Shown: piece after piece, positions 29,238 to 38,465 of the stretch | How the letters are laid out: every line of letters starts with the position of its first letter | Numbering within the stretch: position 1 is the first letter of the stretch | Source: Candidatus Eiseniibacteriota bacterium | GTDB lineage: Bacteria > Eisenbacteria > RBG-16-71-46 > CAZAMP01 | NCBI GenBank assembly: GCA_965224245.1 | Contig: OZ245046.1 | Coordinates: 3,360,001 to 3,424,000, forward strand | Length of the DNA: 64,000 nt | Direction: 5' to 3' | Translations under genes and position numbers: made by a program | The notes under the pieces: model-generated | Databases searched by the model: none | What the model was told of the DNA's origin: nothing | What the model saw: only the letters and a program-made list of their open reading frames with translations

Positions 29238-29978
29238 TTGCGTTTAACACACGGGTTGGTGTCCGCGGTCCTGACCGGGGGTGCGGCGGCCGCGTTCGCC
29301 GTGGCGCGCGGCTGGGACATGGCGCCGATCGCGATCGCAGCGATGACGGGCGCGATCGGGGCGCTGGCGTGGTGCGCTCGTAGCGGGCCCGGTGTCGAGC
29401 CGATGGACCGGATCGGTCACGCGGTCACGGTGGTGTGGCTGGTCGCCCTGATGAGCCTCGCGGCCGAGCGATGGATGGTCGAGCCCTTCGGCCGGAGTGG
29501 CGTGGTCCGTCCCGTCGCATGGATCGTCCCGGTGGCGCTCGTCCTCGCCCTGGCCCGGTGGCTCCTCGGATTCGGGGGACGCGAGCTCCGGCTCTCCACG
29601 CGACCGCGCCCGACGTGGACCGTCGTGGTCTCCTCGGTCGCCGCCCTGGGGCTCGCGCTCACGGCCAGGGCACCCGCGGGGGCTCCACCCCCACACCTCC
29701 TCGGCATCGGCGTCGAGGAGATCCTGTTCCGGGGGTTCGTGCTCGCGGCCGTCCGGGAGCGTGCCGGCGGCACCACGGCGATCGTGGTCTCGTCGCTCGC
29801 GTTCGGGCTCTCGGTGCCGCTCGATGGATCGCCGGCGCACCCGGACCTCGTGGACCTCGGCCGCCGAACGGCGATCGGCGCGTGCGCCGGCTACGCCACC
29901 GTGGTCGGTCGTCACGTGGGCTTCGGGGTCCTCTCCCGCATCGCCGGGGTGGCGCTGGCCGCTCGCCTTCCCGGTTGA
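29238..29978 (+). CDS. CPBP (CAAX/Abi) family intramembrane protease-like protein, degenerate
   Basis: Multiple TM segments; VEEILFRG motif 1; SSLAFGLS lacks the expected His. Confidence 0.6.
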   Translation: MRLTHGLVSAVLTGGAAAAFAVARGWDMAPIAIAAMTGAIGALAWCARSGPGVEPMDRIGHAVTVVWLVALMSLAAERWMVEPFGRSGVVRPVAWIVPVALVLALARWLLGFGGRELRLSTRPRPTWTVVVSSVAALGLALTARAPAGAPPPHLLGIGVEEILFRGFVLAAVRERAGGTTAIVVSSLAFGLSVPLDGSPAHPDLVDLGRRTAIGACAGYATVVGRHVGFGVLSRIAGVALAARLPG

Positions 29979-30042
29979 GCCCGAGACGGACCCGGGGCGG
30001 CCCCGAGCACGGCGTTGACGCCGGGACCGAGGGCCCGGGGGC

Positions 30043-30963
30043 TCAGAGCTCGCCGGTGACCCGGCGAAGACCGGTGAGGCTTCCTGTCTCCGAGTAGAAC
30101 TTCAGCGTGTTGAAGATGCGGCACCAGCTCAGGTACGTCCAGAGCCCGTCCCGGCCCGTGTGCCAGGACTCCAGCGCCCCCTCGCCCCACGACGCGAGCT
30201 CGACGCGCGACGACACGCCCTTGGAGACGAGCGCCCATCGCACGTCCACCGACCCGCCGCTTCGCGCCTCCCAGCGCTGGTGGAGCATCTTCCCCGGCGC
30301 CGAGTCGACGATGCGAACGATCCCGAAGGGCTCGGTCCACCCCTCGTCGGCGGAGGGATCGAAGTCGACGCGCTGGGCGGCCCGGCGCGAGCACTCGGAC
30401 GGATCGGTCAGGACGCGCCAGATCCGCTCGGACGCGCATCGCACCTCACCCGTGATCACCTGCCGGCCGCCGGGCACGTTCTCGTAGTCGACGCGGATGC
30501 CCGGGTTGCCGCGCTCGAGGTACATCTTGAGGTTGAGGAGGTAGTTCTCCCACGGGTAGTGGTCTGCGCTCTCGCCACGCGCATCTTCGTGCGGGCGGCC
30601 GGTCAGCTCGTGGACCACGCGGAGCCGGCAGTCACCCCGCTCGTCGCTGAGGGCGTAGCGCACGACCGACGGCTGGCCGTCCACGTCCCAGGCGAAACGG
30701 ACGTTCCGGCCCGTCTCGTACCCCAGGAGCGCCTGCCCTGCGGACTCCAGGCCGTCCAGCCGGTACGAGTATCGGCCGCCGAACGTGTAGTGGCCGCTCG
30801 GCTTGGTATCCACGTCGGCGAACTCGCAGAACCAGTTCCGCATGTCCTCGGGCTCGATCAGCGCCTTCCACACACGGATCGGCGGAACCGCGATGACCAC
30901 CTCGACGCCCAGGCTGAACCGGCCGGCGACGTCGGACTGCGCGCTCTTGGACGTGCGTTCCAT
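30043..30963 (-). CDS. Tandem SRPBCC (AHSA1/START-like) domain protein
   Basis: Two repeats: RVWKALIEPEDMRNWF…WENYLLNLKMYLE and RIWRVLTDP…WCRIFNTLKFYSE. Confidence 0.8.
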   Translation of the reverse strand: MERTSKSAQSDVAGRFSLGVEVVIAVPPIRVWKALIEPEDMRNWFCEFADVDTKPSGHYTFGGRYSYRLDGLESAGQALLGYETGRNVRFAWDVDGQPSVVRYALSDERGDCRLRVVHELTGRPHEDARGESADHYPWENYLLNLKMYLERGNPGIRVDYENVPGGRQVITGEVRCASERIWRVLTDPSECSRRAAQRVDFDPSADEGWTEPFGIVRIVDSAPGKMLHQRWEARSGGSVDVRWALVSKGVSSRVELASWGEGALESWHTGRDGLWTYLSWCRIFNTLKFYSETGSLTGLRRVTGEL

Positions 30964-31123
30964 GCTTCCGAGAGACCTCCATCCCGTTTCGGAGGGACGC
31001 AGTGTAGCACGGCCCGTTGCGACCCTTCGATCGTCACCTGTACAATCCTCGGGCTCCGAAACGAGACGGCGTTCGAGCCCCGATGTACGCTCACGCGCCC
31101 GCTCACCGACAAGGATCACGACC

Positions 31124-32638
31124 ATGACCGACCTTCTGACCGCTCTCGAAATCCAGGACGTGAACTCCGGCGTGTACGACGGCACCTGGGTGCCCTCGCC
31201 GGGCGGCGACACCCTCACGTCTCTCAATCCCACCACGGGCGAGCCGATCGCGCACGTTCAGCAGGCCGCCCCCGACGACTACGAGCGCGTGGTCTCCGCC
31301 TCGGCGGAGACGTTCCGGCGCTGGCGCATGCTGCCCGCACCCGAGCGCGGCGAGTACGTGCGCCGGATTGGCAACGCGCTGCGCGACCACAAGCGCGAGC
31401 TGGGCATGCTCGTCGCGCTGGAGATGGGCAAGATCCGCACCGAGGGCGAGGGTGAGGTCCAGGAGATGATCGACATCGCCGACTTCGCGGTCGGCCTCTC
31501 GCGCCAGCTCTACGGCCTGACGATCCAGAGCGAGCGCCCCCAGCACCGGATGATGGAGCAGTGGCACCCCCTGGGACCGGTCGGCGTCGTGACCGCATTC
31601 AACTTCCCCGTCGCCGTCTGGGCCTGGAACGCGTGCATCGCCGCGGCGTGCGGCGACACCGTCGTCTGGAAGCCGTCCAGTTCGACGCCGCTCACGGCGA
31701 TCGCGGTTCACAAGATCGTGGACCGCGTCATGAAGGGCTCCGGCTTCGAGGCCGTGTTCACCCTCGTCGTGGGCCGCGGCTCGACGATCGGCCAGCGGCT
31801 TCTCGACGACCGGCGGGTTCCCCTGATCAGCGCGACCGGATCGTGCGCGCTCGGCGAGAAGGTCGCCATGGCCGCGGCCAAGCGCTACGGGAAGACCATC
31901 CTCGAGCTGGGCGGCAACAACGCCGTGATCGTCATGGACGACGCCGACCAGGATCTCGCGCTCCGGGCGTGCGTCTTCGGGGCCGTGGGCACCGCGGGTC
32001 AGCGCTGCACGTCGACCCGACGCCTGTTCCTGCAACGATCCATCGCCGCCGGGTTCACCGAGCGCATGCTGAAGGCGTACCGGTCGGTCACGATCGGCGA
32101 TCCGCTCGACCCGGAGACGCTGATGGGTCCGCTCGTGACCCCCGAGGCCGTGACCGACTACACGAACGCGCTGGCCGCGATTCGCGAGCAGGGAGGCGAA
32201 ATCCTCTGCGGGGGGAACGTCCTGGATCGCCCGGGCAACTTCGTCGAGCCCACGGTCGTCAAGGCCCGGCACGACATGCCGATCGTGCACCAGGAGACGT
32301 TCGCGCCGATCCTGTACGTGATCGAGTTCGACACGCTGGACGAGGTACTGGAGTGGCACAACGAGGTCCCGCAGGGCCTGTCGTCGGCCATCTTCACCGA
32401 CAGCGTGCGTGCGGCCGAGACGTTCGTCAGCGCGCGCGGCAGCGACTGCGGAATCGCCAACGTGAATCTCGGCACGTCGGGCGCCGAGATCGGCGGGGCC
32501 TTCGGAGGCGAGAAGGAGACCGGCGGCGGACGGGAGTCGGGCAGCGACGCATGGAAGGCCTACATGCGCCGCCAGACGAACACGGTCAACTGGGGCGCCG
32601 AGCTCCCGCTGGCGCAGGGCGTGAAGTTCGATGTCTGA
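31124..32638 (+). CDS. Aldehyde dehydrogenase, ALDH7/alpha-aminoadipic semialdehyde dehydrogenase type
   Basis: GEGEVQEMIDIADFAVGLSRQLYG, AFNFPVAVW, LELGGNNA, GTAGQRCT, GAEIGGAFGGEKETGGGRESGSDAWK. Confidence 0.92.
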   Translation: MTDLLTALEIQDVNSGVYDGTWVPSPGGDTLTSLNPTTGEPIAHVQQAAPDDYERVVSASAETFRRWRMLPAPERGEYVRRIGNALRDHKRELGMLVALEMGKIRTEGEGEVQEMIDIADFAVGLSRQLYGLTIQSERPQHRMMEQWHPLGPVGVVTAFNFPVAVWAWNACIAAACGDTVVWKPSSSTPLTAIAVHKIVDRVMKGSGFEAVFTLVVGRGSTIGQRLLDDRRVPLISATGSCALGEKVAMAAAKRYGKTILELGGNNAVIVMDDADQDLALRACVFGAVGTAGQRCTSTRRLFLQRSIAAGFTERMLKAYRSVTIGDPLDPETLMGPLVTPEAVTDYTNALAAIREQGGEILCGGNVLDRPGNFVEPTVVKARHDMPIVHQETFAPILYVIEFDTLDEVLEWHNEVPQGLSSAIFTDSVRAAETFVSARGSDCGIANVNLGTSGAEIGGAFGGEKETGGGRESGSDAWKAYMRRQTNTVNWGAELPLAQGVKFDV

Positions 32639-32954
32639 GGCGCCCCCGGAGTTGAACGGCCGTCAGGTACGCCACCTGCGCTCGCTCGGCAACGGCATCG
32701 AGGTCGCGCTGACCATCGGTCGGAGCGGCCTCACCGATGCCGTGCTGGTCGCGGTGCTGGAGTGCTTCAACACGCGGGAGCTCGTGAAGATACGCCTGCG
32801 CGTCGACGACCCGTCGGCGCGCCGCGACCTGGCGCAGGAACTCGCCCAGCGGACCGGCACGGCGCTCGTTCAGGTGCTCGGCAAGACCGCGCTCCTGTAC
32901 CGGCCGGCCGACGCCGACGCCAGGATCGAGAGCAGGATCACGTTACCGGCCTGA
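32631..32954 (+). CDS. yhbY: YhbY/CRM-domain RNA-binding protein
   Basis: QVRHLRSLG, IGRSGLT, RELVKIR, VQVLGKTALLYR. Confidence 0.88.
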   Translation: MSEAPPELNGRQVRHLRSLGNGIEVALTIGRSGLTDAVLVAVLECFNTRELVKIRLRVDDPSARRDLAQELAQRTGTALVQVLGKTALLYRPADADARIESRITLPA

Positions 32955-33102
32955 TCCTTCGGACGCCGCCCACGCGGCGTCGCCCTCCCGCCTGGGCCTT
33001 TGACATACCGCCCCGCGAGGACCTATTTTGACGGGGCATCCTCGTGCCGCATCGTGACTCGAGTTCTCGTGTGATCCTCGTCACTTCCGGGAAGGAGAGA
33101 GC

Positions 33103-33267
33103 ATGAAGAAACGGCGCCCCTCCACTCACGTTCCCCGCGGCAAGACGCCGACGCCGCACGATCCGCACGCCTGGCTGGATGAGATCGACGATCCGCACGA
33201 CTTCGAGGACGATACCCGGGGAGGCCCCGACGAAGGCAGCGCTTCGCCGGAGCGTTCTGACGGTTAG
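33103..33267 (+). CDS. Small hypothetical protein (54 aa), absent from the ORF track
   Basis: GAAGGAG RBS then ATG; MKKRRPSTHVPRGKTPTPHDPHAWLDEIDDPHDFEDDTRGGPDEGSASPERSDG; upstream TTGACA-18-TATTTT (33000-33029). Confidence 0.55.
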   Translation: MKKRRPSTHVPRGKTPTPHDPHAWLDEIDDPHDFEDDTRGGPDEGSASPERSDG

Positions 33268-33278
33268 CGGCCATCCGC

Positions 33279-34073
33279 CTAGGAGCGGCTCCGCTCGGTC
33301 CGCTCTCGCCGGTAGCCGAGCGGGAGGTCGGCGGAGTCGCGCGTCGGCTGGCGATCGTCGTCATCCTGCGACGAGCCGTGCCGAGACTCCTGATCATCCA
33401 TCTTGGCCCGGCTCGGATCGCGGAGGATGTTGTTCTCGGGGTTCTTCAGATCCGACTCGAAGACGGGGGTGACCATGTCCACGAGCACGCGCAGCCCCCA
33501 CGCCTGCCCGCGCAGCTCCGATCGATACCCCGGCTCGATCGTCAGGAGATGCACCTGACGTCCCTGTGACTTCACGTGCCGGATGGCCTCGGCGAAGTCG
33601 TAATCACCGGAGACGAGCACGGCCACGTCGTACGACTCCATCTGCGTGACCAGATCGACGGCCAGTCCGACGTCGACGCCCTTCTCTTCCATGCGCTCCT
33701 GGTTGTACGGGTTCACACGCAGCACACCGCTGTAGCGGTAGTCGACGAAGTCGTTCTCGATCGCGATGCGACTGTGAACCTCGTCGTGCAGCTTCTGAAG
33801 CCGGATGCTCTCGGTCTCGTACCAGTGCCGACATCGGTTCTCGAACGCGTTCTCGTCCACGCCCGGCGGGCAATAGCGACGGGTCAGCGACGGATACCAT
33901 TGGTGCGGCGCCAGGCGGTTCACGTGATACCAGGACGCCCGGATGAGCTCGTACTGCTCGGGCAGCGCGAACTCGAAGAACGCGCGCCAGTGGATGTCTT
34001 TCTCGAGAAGCCCGACGTTCTTCAACTGATTGTGCAGATTGCTGCCATCCACATAGGCCAACGCCCGTTTCAT
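33279..34073 (-). CDS. NYN/LabA/DUF88 (PIN-like) domain protein
   Basis: AYVDGSNL, EKGVDVGLAVD, LVSGDYDF, GRQV. Confidence 0.88.
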   Translation of the reverse strand: MKRALAYVDGSNLHNQLKNVGLLEKDIHWRAFFEFALPEQYELIRASWYHVNRLAPHQWYPSLTRRYCPPGVDENAFENRCRHWYETESIRLQKLHDEVHSRIAIENDFVDYRYSGVLRVNPYNQERMEEKGVDVGLAVDLVTQMESYDVAVLVSGDYDFAEAIRHVKSQGRQVHLLTIEPGYRSELRGQAWGLRVLVDMVTPVFESDLKNPENNILRDPSRAKMDDQESRHGSSQDDDDRQPTRDSADLPLGYRRERTERSRS

Positions 34074-34421
34074 GCCTCGATCTCCTCGGAAGCGGTTCGC
34101 GAAAATGGGGTCGTCTCATTCTCGCATTCCAGATCACATTCACACTACCAGGGCGGCCCCCAAAGATGCCGCGAACGTATCGAGCCGCCCCGGGCTCTCC
34201 GCACAAACGCGTCGAGCCCGGTGCCGGTTCCGACGACCCGTGGAAGTGCGGACGGGCCTCCGCCACCGCACTCGATCACGTCCGTCGTCATCGCCTTCTC
34301 ACGCGTTTAACCTAACCGAATCGCCAGTTGTTCACCAAACCCTCAGTGCCGGCCGCGCGGAGTCCCCCGGGAACGTGGGGCGCCCGGTCCGTGTCCTCGC
34401 GTGGAGGCCCTGTGCGTCCGG

Positions 34422-34964
34422 TTACTTTTGGAGAATCTGCGGCGCCACGGCCGAGACGAACGACTCGAAGTGCTCGTCGCAGGCGGCCGCGACGTCCAGA
34501 GCCGCGATCCGGAGAACGTCCCCCGACACGGCACGGACCGGTACCTCGTACTGCACGTCGAGGTCGCCGTTCTCGAGGTCGAGCGCGAACTTCGCGCCGG
34601 CGCTGGTGGCGTTGTAGGCGAGCGCCCGCCGGAGCAGGGCCGGCGGATAGACGAACCCCGGCTCGCGATCGAGAAGGGTCGTGTAGATCAGCACCCACTC
34701 GCCGCCGGCGACCAGCGAGATCGTGACCGGCCAGTTGGAGCGGGAGATCGCCTCGTTGGCGTCGAACACGACCACGTACGTGTCGGCGTCGGTGCGTGCG
34801 TGAACGAACGGCGTGGCCGTGACCGCACGCCGCAGGCGTTCACGCGCATCGGAGAGGGTGACCGACGCCCCGGCCGAAGGCTGCACGCCGTCGATCAGAA
34901 CGACGATCGAGAGCATGACGAGAAGCGCCAGCGCCGAGACGAGGACGGTGCGAGTTCGTGGCAT
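34422..34964 (-). CDS. YbjN-like (T3SS chaperone fold) protein with N-terminal signal or TM segment
   Basis: LLRRALAYN…GAKFALD…GDLDVQYEVP pattern; AGGAG RBS. Confidence 0.55.
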   Translation of the reverse strand: MPRTRTVLVSALALLVMLSIVVLIDGVQPSAGASVTLSDARERLRRAVTATPFVHARTDADTYVVVFDANEAISRSNWPVTISLVAGGEWVLIYTTLLDREPGFVYPPALLRRALAYNATSAGAKFALDLENGDLDVQYEVPVRAVSGDVLRIAALDVAAACDEHFESFVSAVAPQILQK

Positions 34965-35030
34965 CGTGTTCTCCTGCGAGCGGTCGACTCGGTCACGCAG
35001 CGGTCGACGCATCGTACCTCAGAGCCGGCT

Positions 35031-36509
35031 CTATCCGGAATCGAGAGCGACGTCCGCGTGTCGCGCGACGCGATCGACGAGCGCGGCCGCGACGGCCTCG
35101 TGCTCGGGCTTCATCAGGCAGCTCCGGAGCACGACGGTCTCCGGCGCCTCGGCCACGAAGTGCGTGTATCGCGCCGCCAGGATACGACTCGGAACGCGGA
35201 GCGTGCTCAGATACACCGGATCGTCCGGCGACGCCATCGCCGCGGCGAACACGCGCTCGGAGGCGGCGCTCACCGTCGCGGACGTGAACGGCTCCACGGC
35301 CGGCGCGTAGGCGACGATGTCCAGCTCGGGATCCGCTACCAGGTGGAACCCGCCGGTCCCGGCCCCGGGGTCACCCGCGGCGACGGTATCGCCTCGATCA
35401 CCCCGATCGGGACCGTGGATACGATCGGCGAACGCACGAGCGGCCCGGCGGCACGCGCGCAGCCCCGCGCCGAGCCCGCGATGCGCTTCGAGCGGAAGAC
35501 AGCGCAGCGTCAGCCAGAGGGCCGCCGCCGCCGCTCCGGGACGGGAACACTCCAGGGAGATCTCACCCAGGTGCAGATCGTCGGACGTGAAATAGTTGTA
35601 CGGCGAGTCGTGCCGGTAGTGCCGGTGGACGGCCGGGTTCGAGAAGAGCACCGCGCCGCAGCCGTACGGCTGGAGACCGTGCTTGTGGGGATCCACGACG
35701 AGACTGTCGGCCAGGGAGGCGGCCCGAAACGGTGCGGACGCGACCCCGTCGGGGGCGTCGTCGGCGATCAGCGCGTAGAAGCCCCCGTACGCGGCGTCGA
35801 CGTGAAGCCGGACGTCGCGCTCACGACAGAGAGCGGCGATCTCGTGCACGGGATCCAGCGCGCCCAGTGCGGTCGTGCCCAGCGTCGCGACCACGGTGCC
35901 GATGCGGCCCGCGCTGCCGACGCGGCCGGCCTCGAGCTGGTCACGTAGCGCGTCCACGCGCATGCGCCCGGCATCGTCGGACTCGATCGTCACGAAGGGA
36001 ACGCCCAGCACCTCGCACATGCGCGCATGCGTGTAGTGCGCATCCCGGCTCGCCGCGATCGCCCGGCCCGGACGCTCACGCCGCGCGACCCAGAGCGCCT
36101 CGAGATTCGCGACCGTCCCTCCGCTCGTGAGATGCCCGAGGTGTCGGGACCACCCGGCCACACGTCGCGCGATGTCGGCCACCACCTCTTGCTCCATCCG
36201 CGCCGTCGCGGGGCCGCCGTCCAGTGCGTGGTTGTTCGGGTTGATGTGCATCGCCGCGAGGTAGCCGAGAACCGCCACCGGATGCGGAGGCTTCAGCATC
36301 TGACCGGCATAGCGCGGATGAAAGAACGGGTAGTTGTCCCCGAGCCGCTCCATCAGCTCACCGAGCGCCGCGGCGACGGCGTCGGTGTCGACCGCGAGCG
36401 GATCCGAGGGTACCGACGCATCCGCCGGAAGCGCCGACCACGAGTCCTGCCACGCGTCGAGCGCTTCTCGAATGAAAAGGACGTGCTCGTGGAATGCATT
36501 GCCACTCAC
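35031..36509 (-). CDS. Group II PLP-dependent amino-acid decarboxylase
   Basis: TSGGTVANLEAL, LGTT…DP, LHVDAAYGG, DPHK (PLP Lys); GTGA overlap with the upstream gene. Confidence 0.88.
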   Translation of the reverse strand: MSGNAFHEHVLFIREALDAWQDSWSALPADASVPSDPLAVDTDAVAAALGELMERLGDNYPFFHPRYAGQMLKPPHPVAVLGYLAAMHINPNNHALDGGPATARMEQEVVADIARRVAGWSRHLGHLTSGGTVANLEALWVARRERPGRAIAASRDAHYTHARMCEVLGVPFVTIESDDAGRMRVDALRDQLEAGRVGSAGRIGTVVATLGTTALGALDPVHEIAALCRERDVRLHVDAAYGGFYALIADDAPDGVASAPFRAASLADSLVVDPHKHGLQPYGCGAVLFSNPAVHRHYRHDSPYNYFTSDDLHLGEISLECSRPGAAAAALWLTLRCLPLEAHRGLGAGLRACRRAARAFADRIHGPDRGDRGDTVAAGDPGAGTGGFHLVADPELDIVAYAPAVEPFTSATVSAASERVFAAAMASPDDPVYLSTLRVPSRILAARYTHFVAEAPETVVLRSCLMKPEHEAVAAALVDRVARHADVALDSG

Positions 36510-36838
36510 CACGCACCTCCCCGCGGGCGCCATCGATGGCGCTCCAGGTTCAACCGGCCCTGCTCGTCCACGTCGACACCCTCGGCGATCAGAAGTGCGC
36601 GCTGGAGCGCCCCGGCACCGGCACGCACGTCGAGCGAGATCGTCCCCCGCGCATTCAGCACCCGGTGCCACGGCACGCGCGTGTCGCCCGGCAGTGCGTG
36701 CAGCGCGTAACCCACGAGCCGGGCGTGCGCGGGCAGCCCCGCGAGTGCGGCCACCTGTCCGTAGGTGGCCACGCGCCCCTTCGGGATACGCCGGACGACC
36801 GCGAAGATGCGCTCGTGCTTGGTGTCCGTCGCGCTCAC
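36506..36838 (-). CDS. Alkyltransferase-like protein (ATL, MGMT family)
   Basis: VRRIPKGRVATYGQVA, ARLVGYAL, VPWHRV (Trp in place of the catalytic Cys), QRALLIAEGV. Confidence 0.9.
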   Translation of the reverse strand: MSATDTKHERIFAVVRRIPKGRVATYGQVAALAGLPAHARLVGYALHALPGDTRVPWHRVLNARGTISLDVRAGAGALQRALLIAEGVDVDEQGRLNLERHRWRPRGGAW

Positions 36839-37065
36839 GGCCGGCCGATCTCCCGGGGATCGAACTCGGTTCGGCACTCGCCGCAGACGATCACCTCCCC
36901 GAGGTCCCGCACCGGGAACAGCGGCACCCCGTACAGGTGCACGACCTCGCGGACCCGGCACCGTCGGCCGATCCGAGGGCGGCCGCACGTCGTGCACTGG
37001 AAGTGACACGATCCCAACGACTTGAGCCGCCGCCGGGCACCTGCGATGACGAAGAAGAAGGTGAC
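36835..37065 (-). CDS. Small zinc-ribbon protein (start uncertain)
   Basis: FFFVIAGARRRLKSLGSCHFQCTTCG…HLYGVPLFP…CGECRTEF; stop overlaps the ATL start (GTGA). Confidence 0.7.
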   Translation of the reverse strand, partial: VTFFFVIAGARRRLKSLGSCHFQCTTCGRPRIGRRCRVREVVHLYGVPLFPVRDLGEVIVCGECRTEFDPREIGRP

Positions 37066-37109
37066 ACCCCCTCACCCGGTGCCGGCGCTGGCTAAAAACG
37101 TCTCGGGCC

Positions 37110-37136
37110 TGTAACAATCCCGGCTCGTCGGCCGTC
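37110..37136 (+). promoter_or_regulatory. ECF-type, probably autoregulatory, promoter
   Basis: TGTAAC-17 nt-CGTC directly upstream of the ECF sigma gene. Confidence 0.55.
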
Positions 37137-37163
37137 CCCTCCTCGACGGCGGAATGGAGAACC

Positions 37164-37727
37164 ATGGACCGCACGAGTTTCAACGACGCCATCGTCGAAC
37201 ACAAGGATGCGGTCTTCGGTTACGCGGTGTATCTCCTCGGGTCGCGACACGACGCCGAGGACGTCACCCAGGACGTGTTCCTCTCGTTCTGGCGCGACGG
37301 CGACTCCGTTCCGTCCCACGCGATCCGGGCCTGGCTCATCCGGGTCTGCCGGAACGCGTGCATCGATTTGCATCGACGCAACCAAGTTCGGGTTCGGTCG
37401 ACGGCGGCCACTCGCGTGGCGCATGAAAAGGCTTGGGGGCCCGCTGCCGTGCGAGGGGCCGCCGAAGACCAACCTCCCGAACCGACCGATCAAGGACGAG
37501 AGGTGGCCCGCATCGAGGCCACTCTCGCACTCGACGAGGTGAGCGACGTGATCTCCACCCTTTCGGAACCGGGCCGATCGATCCTGGTGCTCCGCGAGGT
37601 CTACGGGCTGCCGTACGACGAGATCGCTTCGGCCCTCGAGCTTCCGATGAGTTCGGTGAAGGTCACGCTCCATCGGGCGCGCAAGCGCCTCAGGGCGCTG
37701 CTGACCGAGAGAGGGACGGCGTCATGA
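37164..37727 (+). CDS. ECF sigma factor
   Basis: DAEDVTQDVF, AWLIRVCRNACID, YDEIASALE…VKVTLHRARKRLR. Confidence 0.92.
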   Translation: MDRTSFNDAIVEHKDAVFGYAVYLLGSRHDAEDVTQDVFLSFWRDGDSVPSHAIRAWLIRVCRNACIDLHRRNQVRVRSTAATRVAHEKAWGPAAVRGAAEDQPPEPTDQGREVARIEATLALDEVSDVISTLSEPGRSILVLREVYGLPYDEIASALELPMSSVKVTLHRARKRLRALLTERGTAS

Positions 37728-38419
37728 ACGTTCGCCCGATCAAGTGTGACGACGCACTCGACTGGATCGAGTCCGTCGTCCGGGGAGAGCTGGCCGAGTC
37801 GGCGCGAGAGCGATTCGACGCGCACCTGGCCGGCTGCGACGGGTGTCGAGAGGCGCTCGACAACGCCATCTGGGCCCGCGACACGCTCGGTGCCACCGAG
37901 CGACCGACGTGCCCGGACACGGTGGTGGACCGGATCATGGCCGCCGTCGACGCCGAGGAGGCGTCGGCCCGCGCCGCCATGGCACCGCCGCCGCGAGCCG
38001 AGACGGCACACCATCCGGCGCCGTGGTCACCTGCGGCCTGGGGACGCTGGATCTGGCAGCCGCGGTTCGCGCTGGCGGCGGCAGCGGTCGTGGCTGTCGT
38101 GATCGTCGCGATCCGCCCGCCGTGGGGAGGTGACGAGGTCGCCACCGACGCGTCCGAGAAGTCGATCGACGAGATGAGCCCCAGCGAGCTGGCCAGCGCC
38201 ACCGAGGAAGTCAAGTTCGCGCTCGGGATCGTGGCCCGGGCCATGAACCACACCGCGCGTTCGGTTGGGAGCGAGGTGCGCGACCACCTGAGCACGCCGG
38301 TCATGAGAGGCGTCGAGCAGAGCGTGGATCACTTGCCCGCCCCGCTCGACTCGGAAGAGAAGTCACAGGATGGCGCGGCGCTCGACGACGAGTCCGAACA
38401 CGATCCTGGCCGAACCTGA
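37724..38419 (+). CDS. Zinc-binding (HxxxCxxC) anti-sigma factor with TM helix
   Basis: HLAGCDGC; TM segment FALAAAAVVAVVIVAI; ATGA overlap with the sigma gene. Confidence 0.85.
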   Translation: MNVRPIKCDDALDWIESVVRGELAESARERFDAHLAGCDGCREALDNAIWARDTLGATERPTCPDTVVDRIMAAVDAEEASARAAMAPPPRAETAHHPAPWSPAAWGRWIWQPRFALAAAAVVAVVIVAIRPPWGGDEVATDASEKSIDEMSPSELASATEEVKFALGIVARAMNHTARSVGSEVRDHLSTPVMRGVEQSVDHLPAPLDSEEKSQDGAALDDESEHDPGRT

Positions 38420-38465
38420 AAAGACTAATGGCTCCCCAGCCATCTCTCTGCAAAAGGGGTGACAC

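Noticed and set aside
33279-34073. NYN protein as part of a defence island
   Set aside because: No other defence or mobility genes nearby.
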